Shown in pieces: positions 1 to 10,800 of a stretch of 24,707 bases of DNA. The position numbers were made by a program, and so were the translations under genes. The notes beneath the pieces are model-generated. The model was not told the DNA's origin. It searched no databases and worked only from the letters and a program-made list of their open reading frames with translations. Source of the DNA: Octopus sinensis (lineage: Eukaryota); NCBI RefSeq assembly GCF_006345805.1, contig NW_021836281.1, forward strand, positions 1 through 24,707, given 5' to 3'. The first letter of the stretch is position 1, and the number at the start of each line of letters is the position of its first letter.

Positions 1-66
1 CGCCGGTTTCAGATTTTTCAAGATATGTCTGCACCCATATACTGATCTATCTTCATCAGCCAAACA
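1..66 (-). ncRNA. Type I hammerhead ribozyme candidate (family E), truncated by the window edge
   Basis: Minus strand reads TGTTTGG-CTGATGA(59-53)-AGAT(52-49)...ATCT(14-11)-GAAAC(10-6)-CGGC-G. The UH cleavage dinucleotide and the stem I 3' strand would lie just outside the window. Confidence 0.55.
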
Positions 67-297
67 TATACCACGACAATATTTCAGATGTTACCACATT
101 AATGCCAATACACTCGACTGAAACGCCGAAACGCTAACAGCACGAGAACGGTGAAGAAGTTTCAAAATTAGTATGCAATACTAGAGTATGCTTTCCAGTA
201 AAGAATAGCCCGTGAGGGAAAAATATACAAAGAAGTAAATATATGGCACAACGAAGTACCGATATTTACTGGAAATAGCGAACGTAATAATACGACG

Positions 298-434
<137 letters not shown>

Positions 435-440
435 TGTGTA

Positions 441-664
441 TGTGTGTGTTTGTGTATCTGTGTATGCCCCCACACCGTCACTTGACAACAGATGTTGGTG
501 TGTTTACATCTCTGTAGCTTAGTGGTTGGCAAAAGAGACCGATAGAATAAGTACTAGACTTACAGAGAATAAGTCCAGGTCGATTTGTTTGACTAGAGGT
601 GGTGCTCCAGCAGAGCTGCAGTCAAATGACTGAAACAAATAAAAGTATAAAAGAACAAAAGAAT
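441..664 (+). mobile_element. 3' half of a tRNA-derived SINE (octopus-type family with internal microsatellite)
   Basis: Aligns by eye with 950-1109 plus 5108-5157 (CTTGACAAC.GATG.TGGTGTGTTTA...GAGACCGATAGAATAAGTAC...GGTGCTCCAGCA...GTCAAATGACTGAAACA). Ends in an AAAAGAAT-like tail; no tRNA head seen. Confidence 0.85.
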
Positions 665-739
665 ATACATGTGTGTGTGTGCACACACGTGTGTGTATGT
701 ATATAAATCTATATCTATATGTATATGTACGCATGTATA

Positions 740-1109
740 TAGGAGTGGTTGTGTGGTAAGTAGCTTGCTTATGAACCACATGGTTCCGGGTTCAGTCCCA
801 CTGCATGGTACCTTGGGCAAGTGTCTTCTACTATAGCCCCAGGCCGACCAAAGCCATGTGAGTGGATTTGGTAGATGGAAACTGAAAGAAGCCTGTCGTG
901 TATATGTATATATATATATATGTATGTATGTATGCGTGTGTGTATATGTTTGTGTGTCTGTGTTTATCCCCCCAACATCACTTGACAACCGATGCTGGTG
1001 TGTTTATGTCCCTGTAACTTGGGTAGTTCGGCAAGAGACCGATAGAATAAGTACTTGGCTTACAAAGAATAAGTCCTGGGGTCGATTTGCTCGACTAAAG
1101 GCGGTGCTT
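740..1109 (+). mobile_element. tRNA-derived SINE, 5' part, interrupted by the RTE LINE
   Basis: Pol III A-box-like TGGTTGTGTGG (746-756), B-box-like GGTTCAGTCC (789-798), internal (TA)/(TG) microsatellite, body matching 441-664. Stops at the TSD AAAGGCGGTGCTT (1097-1109). Confidence 0.9.
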
Positions 1110-4100
1110 GATTTTTCTCCAAGTCAATGTCAGTGTATGTTCGAAAGTTCTATCAACAATATAGCAGACATTTGAACTCTCTCTGACCGAACGTTCTTCC
1201 TCTCACCCTACGAAAGCAGTAGTTGCTGCTACATTGCTGCGGCTGCTGCCAGAACTTGCTGCTGCTGCTACTGCTGCTACAATTAGAAACATACAAGTTT
1301 GAATGACATCGAGATGTTTCCCCCCGTGTCTGAATTATACCGGTGACACCAATGAAAAATCCCTTTCTTTTTCTTTGTTGGGAGAAAAGAGAATCTACAG
1401 TAAAAACAAACCCTCAGCCCTCCCTCCAGGGTGTAAATTACTTTAAAAGAAATACTTTAAAAGGGAAAAACGTGAGAAAAATTTAAATTAAATTAACGAT
1501 AGACAAAAGCATGTGCCTTCTCGCACATAAACACATTATTCACACTTATACAAACATACGCAGACGCAAATATTGAAGTACTAAATGGCTCTCCCTCACT
1601 TGTCCTTCCCATTAATGCCATTGCTCAACCAATTCTGAACGATCTTGTCAGGTCAGGTCTGTTGTATGCAGCATCGGATCCTACTACTGGTAAACTGTAA
1701 ACCAGTACAACCTGTGTCAGTGGGGTAGAAAGGGCTCCTTAGCCGTAGTGAAGGCAACCTATCTAGGGAGATAACCTTACAATAAATCACTCAGCCCGTA
1801 GCTTAGAAGTACTGGGTTGACGTCCAGCGGGAACAGCTTGTTTCATGGGGAGGAAAGATCTTCTTTAGTACTTGGTTGTACAATGCTTTCCAATGTGTGT
1901 AGTAGTGGCGCGCGCACACATTATTAGCCATTTGAAAAGACTATGGAATTTACAATTAACTGCACCAGGGTTCCTCTTCCCCAGGGAACCAGACCTAATG
2001 GTATACCTGCGGATGTAGGTCCAGCCCCTGCTTTGCCGGGTCCTGTCTCTGATCATGTTGCACCTCCAAGGGCATCCATTGACGGTGATGCCCTCAATCT
2101 TAACAGACGGGTATCACCTGATGGAGAAGAGTCAGCCCCCAACCAAACAACACCAAACAAACACCTCATCAGCTGTAAAAATCATACGATACTCAGCACC
2201 CTCAATGCCCGCACCCTCGGCTCTCTTGGCCGTCTAGAAGAACTTGGTGCAAATGCAGAATCACATGGCATTGATATAATAGCTGTCCAAGAACACCGAT
2301 TTTACCACCCTGACAACATCCTCAAATACCATCAAGTCGGTTCTTATCAACTTGTAACCTCCTCAGCATCAAAGAATACTGTTAATTCAACAGTTGGAGG
2401 TATCGGATTTCTACTTTCATCAAAGGCTAGTGATACTCTCTTGAGTATAGAGTCAATCTCACCTAGAATTATGGTGCTTGAGATAGATGGAAACCAAAAA
2501 CAACATTGGTATGTGTGTATAGCCCACATAATTCGTCTGTGGCAGACGAAATTGAAAATTTCTATACAACCCTTCGTTCAACCATTGAGCAAGTACCTCT
2601 CCATAATTTTCTGGTTATAGCTGGTGATCTGAATGCTAGACTAGGACCCGATGAGAGCAAGTTTACTTTCAACTCTAAAACCAATCGGAACGGAGAAATG
2701 CTCAAAGACTTCTTGGAGGAATTTAATCTCTACACCTCCAACAATTCTTTTATGAAACCAAAAGGTCAACTTTGGACATTTGAGTCCCCACTTGGTGATA
2801 GGGCACAAATTGACTACCTCATCTTTCGAAAGAAATGGCGCAATAGTGTTAAGGACTCGAGATCCTACTCTTCCTTTAGTTCTGTCGGCTCTGACCACAG
2901 AATTGTATCAGCTACCGTTAAGCTTAGTCTTCGCTCATCCAAAAAAACTAAGCCTCACCCGATCAAAATGATCGACTGGAAGGAAGTCTTATCTAACCCC
3001 GATATGTCCAAACAATTTACTATCGAGGTCTATAACAAATTCAATCTCTGTCTACTTCTGAAATAGATGCTGAGAACATTGAGGAAGTATACAGCAGCCT
3101 CATCAAATCAACAGAGGAAGTTGCACTGGCTACTCTTCCCAAAAGGAAGAGTAGGGGCCAGAGCAAACCTTCTAATTCCCCAAATGTCATCGAAGCCAGA
3201 AACCATCTAAAGTCTATATCACTAGCTTACCACCGTTCTCCATCCCAGTCACTGAAGATCCAACTCATAGCTGCCAGGAAGAATCTTGATGAGGCTTACT
3301 TGAACGCCGAGGTCGAATTTATCAATGGCAAAATTAGTAAACTATCGAAAGAGCACATTAGTAAAAAACACCATCTCGCCTGGAAATCCATCAAAGACCT
3401 ATCAGGCAAAAATTCTGGGTCATCAATTAGAATTAAAGGGGGATCAGCTAAGAAGCGTTTAGAAAATTGGTCAACCCATTTTAAAAACCTCCTTGGGAAG
3501 AATGCCAAAATCCCTGATAACCCCACTCTCCCAAGTGTGCCTATATCAGACACGCTGGACATCAACACCTCCCCTTTTACCATATTTGAACTAACAGCAG
3601 CCACCAAGCAACTAAAAGCCTCGAAAGCATTTGGTCCCGACAACATTCCGGCTGTGATTTGGAAGGATGATAGATTTCACACACTTTTGCTTAACCTCTG
3701 CAACCACACACTTTCCACCTTTGTCGCTCCAAAGATTTGGCACCAGTCTCAAATCATTCCAATACCCAAAAAAGGCGATTTGTCCCTCGTCACCAACTAC
3801 AGGGGCATATCTCTAATGTCAATTGCTGCAAAACTGTACAACAAACTGATCCTAAATCGTCTTGTCCTTTTTGTTGAACCTTTGCTCCGAAAGAACCAAA
3901 ATGGATTCAGACATGGGCGCTCAACGCTGAGCCAGATACTATGCCTGCGCAGACTTATTGAAGAATCAAAAGCATTTAATCGCGATCTTGCAATGGTATT
4001 TGTAGACTTTTCTAAAGCGTTCGATTCTGTAGATAGGTGCAAGATGTTTGAAATCCTTAAGCTCTATGGGATACCAGACAAAATTATTTCTGCCATCAAG

Positions 4101-5094
4101 GTCCTCTACACAGATACGTCTTCAACCATCTTAACCCCTGATGGAGAAACATCATCTTTCTCGATCGAGGCCGGAATACTGCAGGGAGACACACTCGCCC
4201 CATTTCTTTTCATCATTGTTGTTGATTATGAGCTACGTATGTCAGTTGATACCATCTCTGGCAAGGGCTTTGAAATAAAACCAAGAAGAAGTTCCAGACA
4301 CCCAGCTGAGTACTTGACAGACACTGACTTGCTGACGACATCGCTCTTATCAGTGATTCTCTCTCCAATGCCCAGTCTCTTTTACAATCTCTTGAACAAG
4401 CCTCAAATTGTGTATGTCTTTACCTTAATGAGACCAAAACTGAATACATAAACAAGTGCCTGTCCAACAGTGATTGCATCATCCACACTCTCAACAGTGC
4501 ACCTTTAAATATGGTTTCTGATTATAAATATCTTGGGTCATACATATCATCATCTGGAAAAGACTTTCTAACTAGAAAGGTATGGCCTGGTCAGCCTGTA
4601 ATGACATGCATAAGATCTGGTCATCAAATCTAAGTAGAGACTTCAAACTTGAAATATTCAAAGCCACAGTCGAACCAATCCTACTATATGGCTCAGAAAC
4701 CTGGACGTTATCAAAGAAGCTTGAGAGGCGGTTGGATGGAACCTACACTCGCCTCCTTATGAGAGCTCAAAATCTCTCGTGGAGGCGCCATCCAACGAAA
4801 ATGCAAATATATGGGAAATTACCACCTGTGTCATCTCTTGTGAAGGGTAGGAGAGTCCAGTTTGCTGGACATTGTTGTAGAGCTGAAAAAGAAGTAATTT
4901 CTACTCTTCTCCTCTGGAAGCCATCTACTCGCAACACCAGAGGGCGCACACTCTCCTACCCTGATGTAATCTCCAGGGATACAGGCATCCAGCAACAGGA
5001 CCTCCGTAATGCTATGATGGACCGTGAAGTCTGGCGCAACATGGTAAATTCCATTGTCTCGACCACGGTCGAACAATGATGAATGATGATGATG
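1110..5094 (+). mobile_element. Full-length RTE-clade non-LTR retrotransposon with 13-bp target-site duplication
   Basis: TSD AAAGGCGGTGCTT at 1097-1109 and 5095-5107, (TGA/GAT)n tail 5077-5094, single APE+RT ORF. Confidence 0.93.
1943..5079 (+). CDS. APE endonuclease + reverse transcriptase polyprotein of the RTE LINE (~1046 aa if four 1-nt deletions are repaired)
   Basis: APE motifs TLNARTL, AVQEHR, AGDLNAR, QIDY, SDHR; RT motifs NYRGISL, FVDFSKAFDS, GILQGDTLAP, (F)ADD at 4329-4339, YLG. Frameshifts at ~2494, ~3042, ~4329 and ~4577; no in-frame stop found in the repaired frame. Confidence 0.9.
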
Positions 5095-5107
5095 AAAGGC
5101 GGTGCTT

Positions 5108-5157
5108 CAGCATGGCCACAGTCAAATTACTGAAGCAAGTAAAATAGTAAAGAGAGT
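5108..5157 (+). mobile_element. 3' end of the SINE interrupted at 1109
   Basis: CAGCATGGCCACAGTCAAATTACTGAAGCAAGTAAAATAG continues the SINE exactly as in the uninterrupted copy at 608-650. Confidence 0.9.
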
Positions 5158-5202
5158 ATATGTATATATATATGTGCATGTGTGTATGTATGTGTATATG
5201 TT

Positions 5203-5240
<38 letters not shown>
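5158..5240. repeat. (TA)/(TG)n microsatellite
   Basis: Dinucleotide runs ending in a pure (GT)n tract. Confidence 0.95.
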
Positions 5241-5243
<3 letters not shown>

Positions 5244-5431
5244 GGTGAGGTGTATTCTGTTGAGAACGTATCAGAGTACAAAATAGAACTTGTTCACCCT
5301 CAGAATTACCAGATAGCCAGATGTATTATGGTATACTACCAATTCTAGGCTTAGGCATTTCTCAAGTGTGAAAAATAAGAAGGAAAGAATAGAGTCAAAA
5401 AGAAGAGGGAGTATGATTCAATAGCTGTTTA

Positions 5432-5507
5432 TTAACCACTACACATGTTTTGGTACAACATAGATCCACATATATACAGGATCTAGTTGTATCTCCTCAG
5501 GTGATAA
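5432..5507 (-). ncRNA. Degenerate type I hammerhead ribozyme (family D; core GAAA reads AAAA)
   Basis: Minus strand: TTATCAC-CTGAGGA-GATACAAC TAGATCC...GGATCTA TGTTGTACC-AAAAC-ATGT-GTA-GTGGTTAA. Long stem II hairpin, 2-bp stem III, GUA triplet, stem I ATCAC/GTGGT. Confidence 0.6.
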
Positions 5508-5668
5508 ATAATCGCTGTCTCCGTAAATAAATCTTTGATTTCGATGCTGTCACATCCAACTGGTCCTTAACTGGTCATTATATATGCAAAAAAATAATTA
5601 ATGTTACCTATACAGTCATTTTTAAGTGTAAGGCTACTGATATAATTATTTTATGATTATATCCTTAT

Positions 5669-5670
<2 letters not shown>

Positions 5671-5710
<40 letters not shown>
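5671..5710. repeat. (TA)n microsatellite
   Basis: Pure TA run. Confidence 0.95.
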
Positions 5711-5711
<1 letters not shown>

Positions 5712-5752
5712 TTGTTTTGCAAGATACTTGATGTGAAATCGTACAGATGTTG

Positions 5753-6480
5753 TTGTATTTAGGAATGGTCATTTTGCCGGTTTAGCCAATAAAAACACGC
5801 ATTATATATTTGATGTTAATTTGCAACAATTATACAAATTATGGAAGCTACACACATGATAGAAGATAAACCTAGCCTGAATAGGAAACTGGAATGGAAC
5901 ACTAGCATACACCCCCAACACACAACACACCACAGCATATGACAGAATAAGATCCTCATAAACTGGTAACAATATAAACAAAACTAAAAACATAATAAAA
6001 TAAAAAAATACACAGATAAGAAACAAATGGAAGTAAATAACTATATACATTAAAAAAATTTAACTAAATACAACAAAAAAAAATAAGTAGGTGTAAACAC
6101 ATGAACAAAATAAAAATAAACAAAAACAAATTACACGGACGTGTATAAACAGGAGATACAAATATTACAGGCACTCCCCCCCACACACACACACTAACAA
6201 AACACAGACACACATAAAGGTATACGCATGCGCAAATGAAGACTCATTCAATAAGAATACAAAATAGAAAATGGCTGACCGTTAGTAAGGAGAGACACAC
6301 AAATAATAAAGAAGAAAGCAAAGGAGCACTGATGAGGTCACAGAAGTGTGACGAAGAACTCTGGCCGAAAAAGATTAAGATTAATGTAATAAATAAATAA
6401 CGCTGAAGCAAATTAACACCAATTATATAGTGCACGTGTTTTTATTGACTAAACTAGCAAATTGACCATTCCTAAATACA

Positions 6481-6481
<1 letters not shown>
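5753..6481. repeat. AT-rich segment bounded by ~70-bp diverged inverted repeats (possible MITE, or two inverted copies of one repeat end)
   Basis: 5753-5824 (TTGTATTTAGGAATGGTCATTTTGCCGGTTTAGCCAATAAAAACACG...GTTAATTTGC) is the approximate reverse complement of 6408-6481. Confidence 0.55.
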
Positions 6482-6556
<75 letters not shown>

Positions 6557-6587
6557 ATATACATATATGTATATATATATATATATT
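6482..6587. repeat. (TA)/(GT)n compound microsatellite
   Basis: Long (GT)n flanked by TA runs. Confidence 0.95.
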
Positions 6588-9500
6588 CCCCCGTCCCAAG
6601 GTCCCTAGGGCACATACCTCCCACACCCTCAGGATTGGCACCCTCAACGTCGGCACACTGAAAGGTAGGTCTGGTGAGATTGTTGAGATGCTTGAACGGA
6701 GATGTGTCGATATGTGTTACATCCAAGAAGTGAGGTGGAGAAGAGGTTCTGCTAGGTTCCTCACAGGCAAAGAACGCAGGTACAAGATTTTCTGGGCTGG
6801 AAACACTGACGGGGTCGGGGGTGTGGGTATACTTCTCGCTGAAAAATGGGTAGATAAGGTAATTGAGGTAGTCAGAGTATGCGACAGAATACTTAAGATT
6901 AGATTAGTGCTTCATCATGGATTAGCTACCATTATATCGGCCTATGCCCCTCAGCCAGGGCTACCTGATGGACAGAAAGACCGATACAATGACACCCTCC
7001 TGCAGACTACTTCATCGACGAACGACAGGGACCTTCTCTTTGTGGCTGGTGACTTCAATGGGCATGTTGGACAACATACAGGGGGCTCCCAAGGCGTACA
7101 TAGAGGCTACGGTTATGGTCCCCGCAACGAGGAGGGGAACCAGGCTGCTGAAGTTCTGCGATGCAAATGATCTTATGGTTTGCAACACTAACTTCAGGAA
7201 ACCTACCAGCCACATAGTCACCTACCGATCGGGCCGACATACTAGCCAAATTGACTATATCCTTACCAGAAAAGGGAAAGATGGTTGCTTATAAATGCCA
7301 AAACCTTCCCAGGCGAAGAATGTACCCCACAACACAAACTGGTAGTTAGTGACTTTAGGATCTGGACTAAGAGGACGACCAGAAGACGACCAACATGGAG
7401 AAGAAGGGTCTGGATGCTTAAAGATCCTGCAAATGGACAGAGATTTGAGACATATTACTTGAAGCCTTTGACGAAATGGAAGGGGATATAGCTTCAGATG
7501 GAGTAGAAGACACTGGAGGTTTCTAAGGGACAACCTACTAAGAGCCACTGACCAGATCAGTGGTTGGTGCAAAGTCCCCTCAAGACCCAAAATAACGTGG
7601 TAGTGGAACAATATTGTTGACAGGGCTATTAGAGAAAAGAAACAAGCTTGGAAGGACTGGAAGAACGGTGGTAGCAGGGAAGTGTATCAGACTGCCAGAA
7701 GGGAAGCCAGGAGGCAGGTGTAATCAGCCAGAGGGGAAGCAGATAAGAAAAAATTTGCCAATGTTCTGCGCCGTGAGGACGAATGACTTGAGTATTTCGT
7801 GTTGCAAAACAATGTGAGAGAGAATCGTGATGTGGTAGGAGAGAAATGTGTTCGCATGGATGATGGTTCACTTGCGCTAAATGAGGATGCGAAGAGAATG
7901 GTTTGGAGACACCACTATGAAAGGTTGGATAAATAAAAAAATGCATGGGATAAAGAGAGTCTACCGTATGTCGACCCAACAGAGTGACCAGCTATCCGTG
8001 TTGACAGTTCCGTGTAAGTAGTCAAGGCAATTAGAAGCATGAAGACAGGGATAGCCTCAGGCCCATCAGGAATTACTGCAGAGATGCTCAAAATATCTGG
8101 CAATGTCGGCTATAGCCTCGTCACCCGAATAGTTAACCAGGTGATACACGGAGTCATACCCAATGACTGGTGTAGCAGCATAATAGTTAACTGCTACAAA
8201 GGTAAAGGTGACACCCTAGATACAAATAATTACAGAAGTATCAAGCTGTTGGATCAGATAATTATTAAAGAAAGTAAGTTTAGATGAGATGCAGTTTGGG
8301 TTCGTGCCAGGGAAAAGTACTACGGATGCTATATTCCTGGTAAGACAGCTGCAGGAGAAATACCTAGCCAAAGATAAGCCCCTGTACCTGGCTTTCGTTG
8401 ACATGGAGAAAGCCTTTGACAGGGTCCCCAACCCTTATCTGGTGGTCAATGAGGAAACGAGGGACAGATGAATTGTTAGTGAGAGCTGTGCAAGCCATGT
8501 ACAGGGACGCTGTAAATAAGTAAGGGTTGGCAACAGGTAGACAGAAGAATTCAAAGTAGAGTTGGGTCCACCAGGGTTCAGTCCTCAGCCCCCTCCTATT
8601 TATCATAGTCCTCCAGGTAATAACGGAGGAATTCCAGACAGGATGCCCCTGGGAGCTCCTCTATGCTGATGACCTTGCCCTAATCGCTGAGTCGCTATCA
8701 GAACTAGAAGAGAAGTTTTAAGTGTGGAAACAAGGATTAGAATCGAAGGGCCTTAGAATCAACATAGAATCAACAAAAGTCCTAATAAGTCGGAAGGCAG
8801 CCAAACCACAAATACCTTCAGGTAGATGGCCCTTTTTTATCTGTAGTAGAGGTGTAGGTAGAAACTCTATAAGATATACCTAGTGTAAGCTATGGACACA
8901 TAAGTGGTGCAGTAATATCAAAGAAAGGCTAACTGGGAAGTAGTTTTTGTAATATGGCAGATGCTCGGGAGCAATAAACACTGCAAATGCGCAGAGACCA
9001 ACTTCCGTCACATCCCAGGGAGAAAAACTAGAAGTAGTTGATAACTTCCGTTATCTAGGTGACCAAATCAGTAGCGGAGGAGGGTGCACTGAAATTCTAG
9101 TTGCTAGAATAAGAATAGCTTGGGCAAAGTTCAGAGAGCTGTTACCTCTGCTGGTGACAAAGGGCCTCTCGCTAAGAGTAAAAGGTAGACTGTAAGATGC
9201 ATGTGTACGAACAGCCATGCTACATGGAAGTGAAACATGGGCTGTGACTGCTGAGGATATGCGTAAGCTCGCAAGGAATGAAGCCAGTATGATCCGATGG
9301 ATGTGTAATGTCAGTGTGCATACTCGACAAAGTGTAAGTATCTTGAGAGAAAAGTTGGACTTAAGAAGCATTAGATGTGGTGTGCAAGAGGGACGACTGC
9401 GTTGGTATGATCATGTGGTGAGAATGGATGAGGATAGCTGAGTGAAAAAGTGCCACACCCTAGCGGTTGAGGGAACATGTGGAAGAGGTAGACCCAGGAA

Positions 9501-9618
9501 GACCTGGGATGAAGTGGTGAAGCATGACCTTCTAGCATTAGGCCTCACCAAGTTAATGACTAGCGACCGAGACCTTTGGAAATATGCTGAGCTCGAGAAG
9601 ACCCGGCAAGCCAGATGA
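6588..9618 (+). pseudogene. Disrupted APE-RT ORF of the second RTE, with a degenerate PHD-like Cys/His cluster at ~8830-8965
   Basis: Fragments in the ORF track (6493-7170, 6944-7294, 8039-8287, 8289-8471, 9217-9441) plus hand-translated linking segments. Confidence 0.8.
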
Positions 9619-9790
9619 AACCATAACTCGTGGCCTATTTCAGGAGCATAACAACCACGCTTATGCGTAGCTTTTCCTTCTTTGGTCACTAAACTTTGCT
9701 TGCGAAGACCTATTGTGGCAAGTGAAATCAAAATCAAAATCAGAATCATTTCGATGACTGGCATCCGTGCTAGCGTGGTGCAAAGAGCAC

Positions 9791-9990
9791 CATACGAGTG
9801 TGATCGTTGACAAAAAAGCTATTCGAGTATGATCGTTACCAGCGTCGCCATACTGGCACTTATGCCTGTGCTACTAGGGTGCCAAGAACACCATCCGAGC
9901 GTGATCGTTGCCAGAGCAGCCAACTTGCTTCCGTATTCGTGGCACATAAAAGGGCACCATTCGAGCGTGATCGTTACCAACGTCGCTTCA
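9791..9990 (+). repeat. Short dispersed direct repeats in the RTE 3' UTR
   Basis: CGAG(C/T)(G/A)TGATCGTT starts at 9795, 9824, 9896 and 9962. Confidence 0.8.
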
Positions 9991-10173
9991 CTGGCACCTG
10001 TGTCAGTGGAACGTGTAAAAAAGGAAATGGCAAAAATACGTCACGATGTGTTACCGCTACTGTATATAACTCACTTTGATATTTATCATTGTTTGATTTC
10101 ACTTTTTCAATATCAGCGACAGTGGGCGCTGGAAAAGATTAAGTATTTGTGAAGGAGATCTAATTCTCGCCGA

Positions 10174-10247
10174 CAACTATGATTGTCACACGCTGACGAG
10201 AGGTCAATACCTCGAAACTCGAGTCCGTGTGTGTGTATCATAAGTTG
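10174..10247 (+). ncRNA. Type I hammerhead ribozyme, family A copy 1
   Basis: CACACG-CTGACGA(10193-10199)-GAGG/TCAATA/CCTC-GAAAC-TCGA-GTC(cleavage after C10225)-CGTGTG. Stem I extends through CAACTATGAT/ATCATAAGTTG. Confidence 0.92.
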
Positions 10248-10530
10248 AAGACGGGAAGGATGACTTCCCTTTGCAAATACTGACAGGACACAGAAAGTGT
10301 GTCTATGGCCAGCTGGAGGAGTGTGTCCTCCTGGGGCTAAAAACTACAGTAGCATCCACCCTTAGGGGTTAGCCATATTGAAATGGCAAAAATACGTCAC
10401 GATGTGTTACCGCTACTGTATATAACTCACTTTGATATTTATCATTGTTTGATTTCACTTTTTCAATATCAGCGACAGTGGGCGCTGGAAAAAGTATAAG
10501 TATTTGTGAAGGAGATCTAATTCTCGCCGA

Positions 10531-10602
10531 CAACTATGATTGTCACACGCTGACGAGAGGTCAATACCTCGAAACTCGAGTCCGTGTGTGTATCATAAGT
10601 TG
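10531..10602 (+). ncRNA. Type I hammerhead ribozyme, family A copy 2
   Basis: Identical core (CTGACGA 10550-10556); predicted cleavage after C10582. Confidence 0.92.
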
Positions 10603-10800
10603 AAGACGGGAAGGATGACTTCCCTTTGCAAATACTGACAGGACACAGAAAGTGTGTCTATGGCCAGCTGGAGGAGTGTGTCCTCCTGGGGCTAAAAACT
10701 ACAGTAGCATCCACCCTTAGGGGTTAGCCATATTGAAATGGCAAAAATACGTCACGATGTGTTACCGCTACTGTATATAACTCACTTTGATATTTATCAT

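Larger units (their letters stand above)
6588..10023 (+). mobile_element. Decayed RTE-clade LINE (second family), with repetitive 3' UTR
   Basis: APE (LRIGTLNVGTLKG, IQEVRW, AGDFNGHVG, QIDYIL), RT (FVDMEKAFDRVP, YADD 8662-8673, YLG), C-terminal GRGRPRKTW. Several true stop codons plus frameshifts. The 3' UTR boundary is approximate. Confidence 0.85.

Noticed and set aside
85-96. TGGTAA(C/A)ATCTG upstream of both the family E (minus strand) and family B (11329-11340) hammerheads, a possible shared splice-donor motif
   Set aside because: Only 11 of 12 bases match, at different spacing and in AT-rich DNA. Too weak without family alignments.
1184-1240. CTGACCGA...CGAAAGCAG..CTGCTA in the RTE leader
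   Set aside because: The core has an extra base and neither stem I nor stem II forms.
6329-6390. CTGATGA-GGTCA...TGGCC-GAAA, resembling a hammerhead core with a good stem II
   Set aside because: GAAA is not followed by a clean stem III, and no stem I partner for GAGCA exists after the nearby GTA. At most a very decayed relic.
10027-10152. Small ORF MAKIRHDVLPLL... in each array A unit, and possible rolling-circle translation of the 357-nt (3n) monomer
   Set aside because: The ORF ends differently in the two units, and all three sense frames of the monomer hit stops within ~70 nt of the cleavage site.
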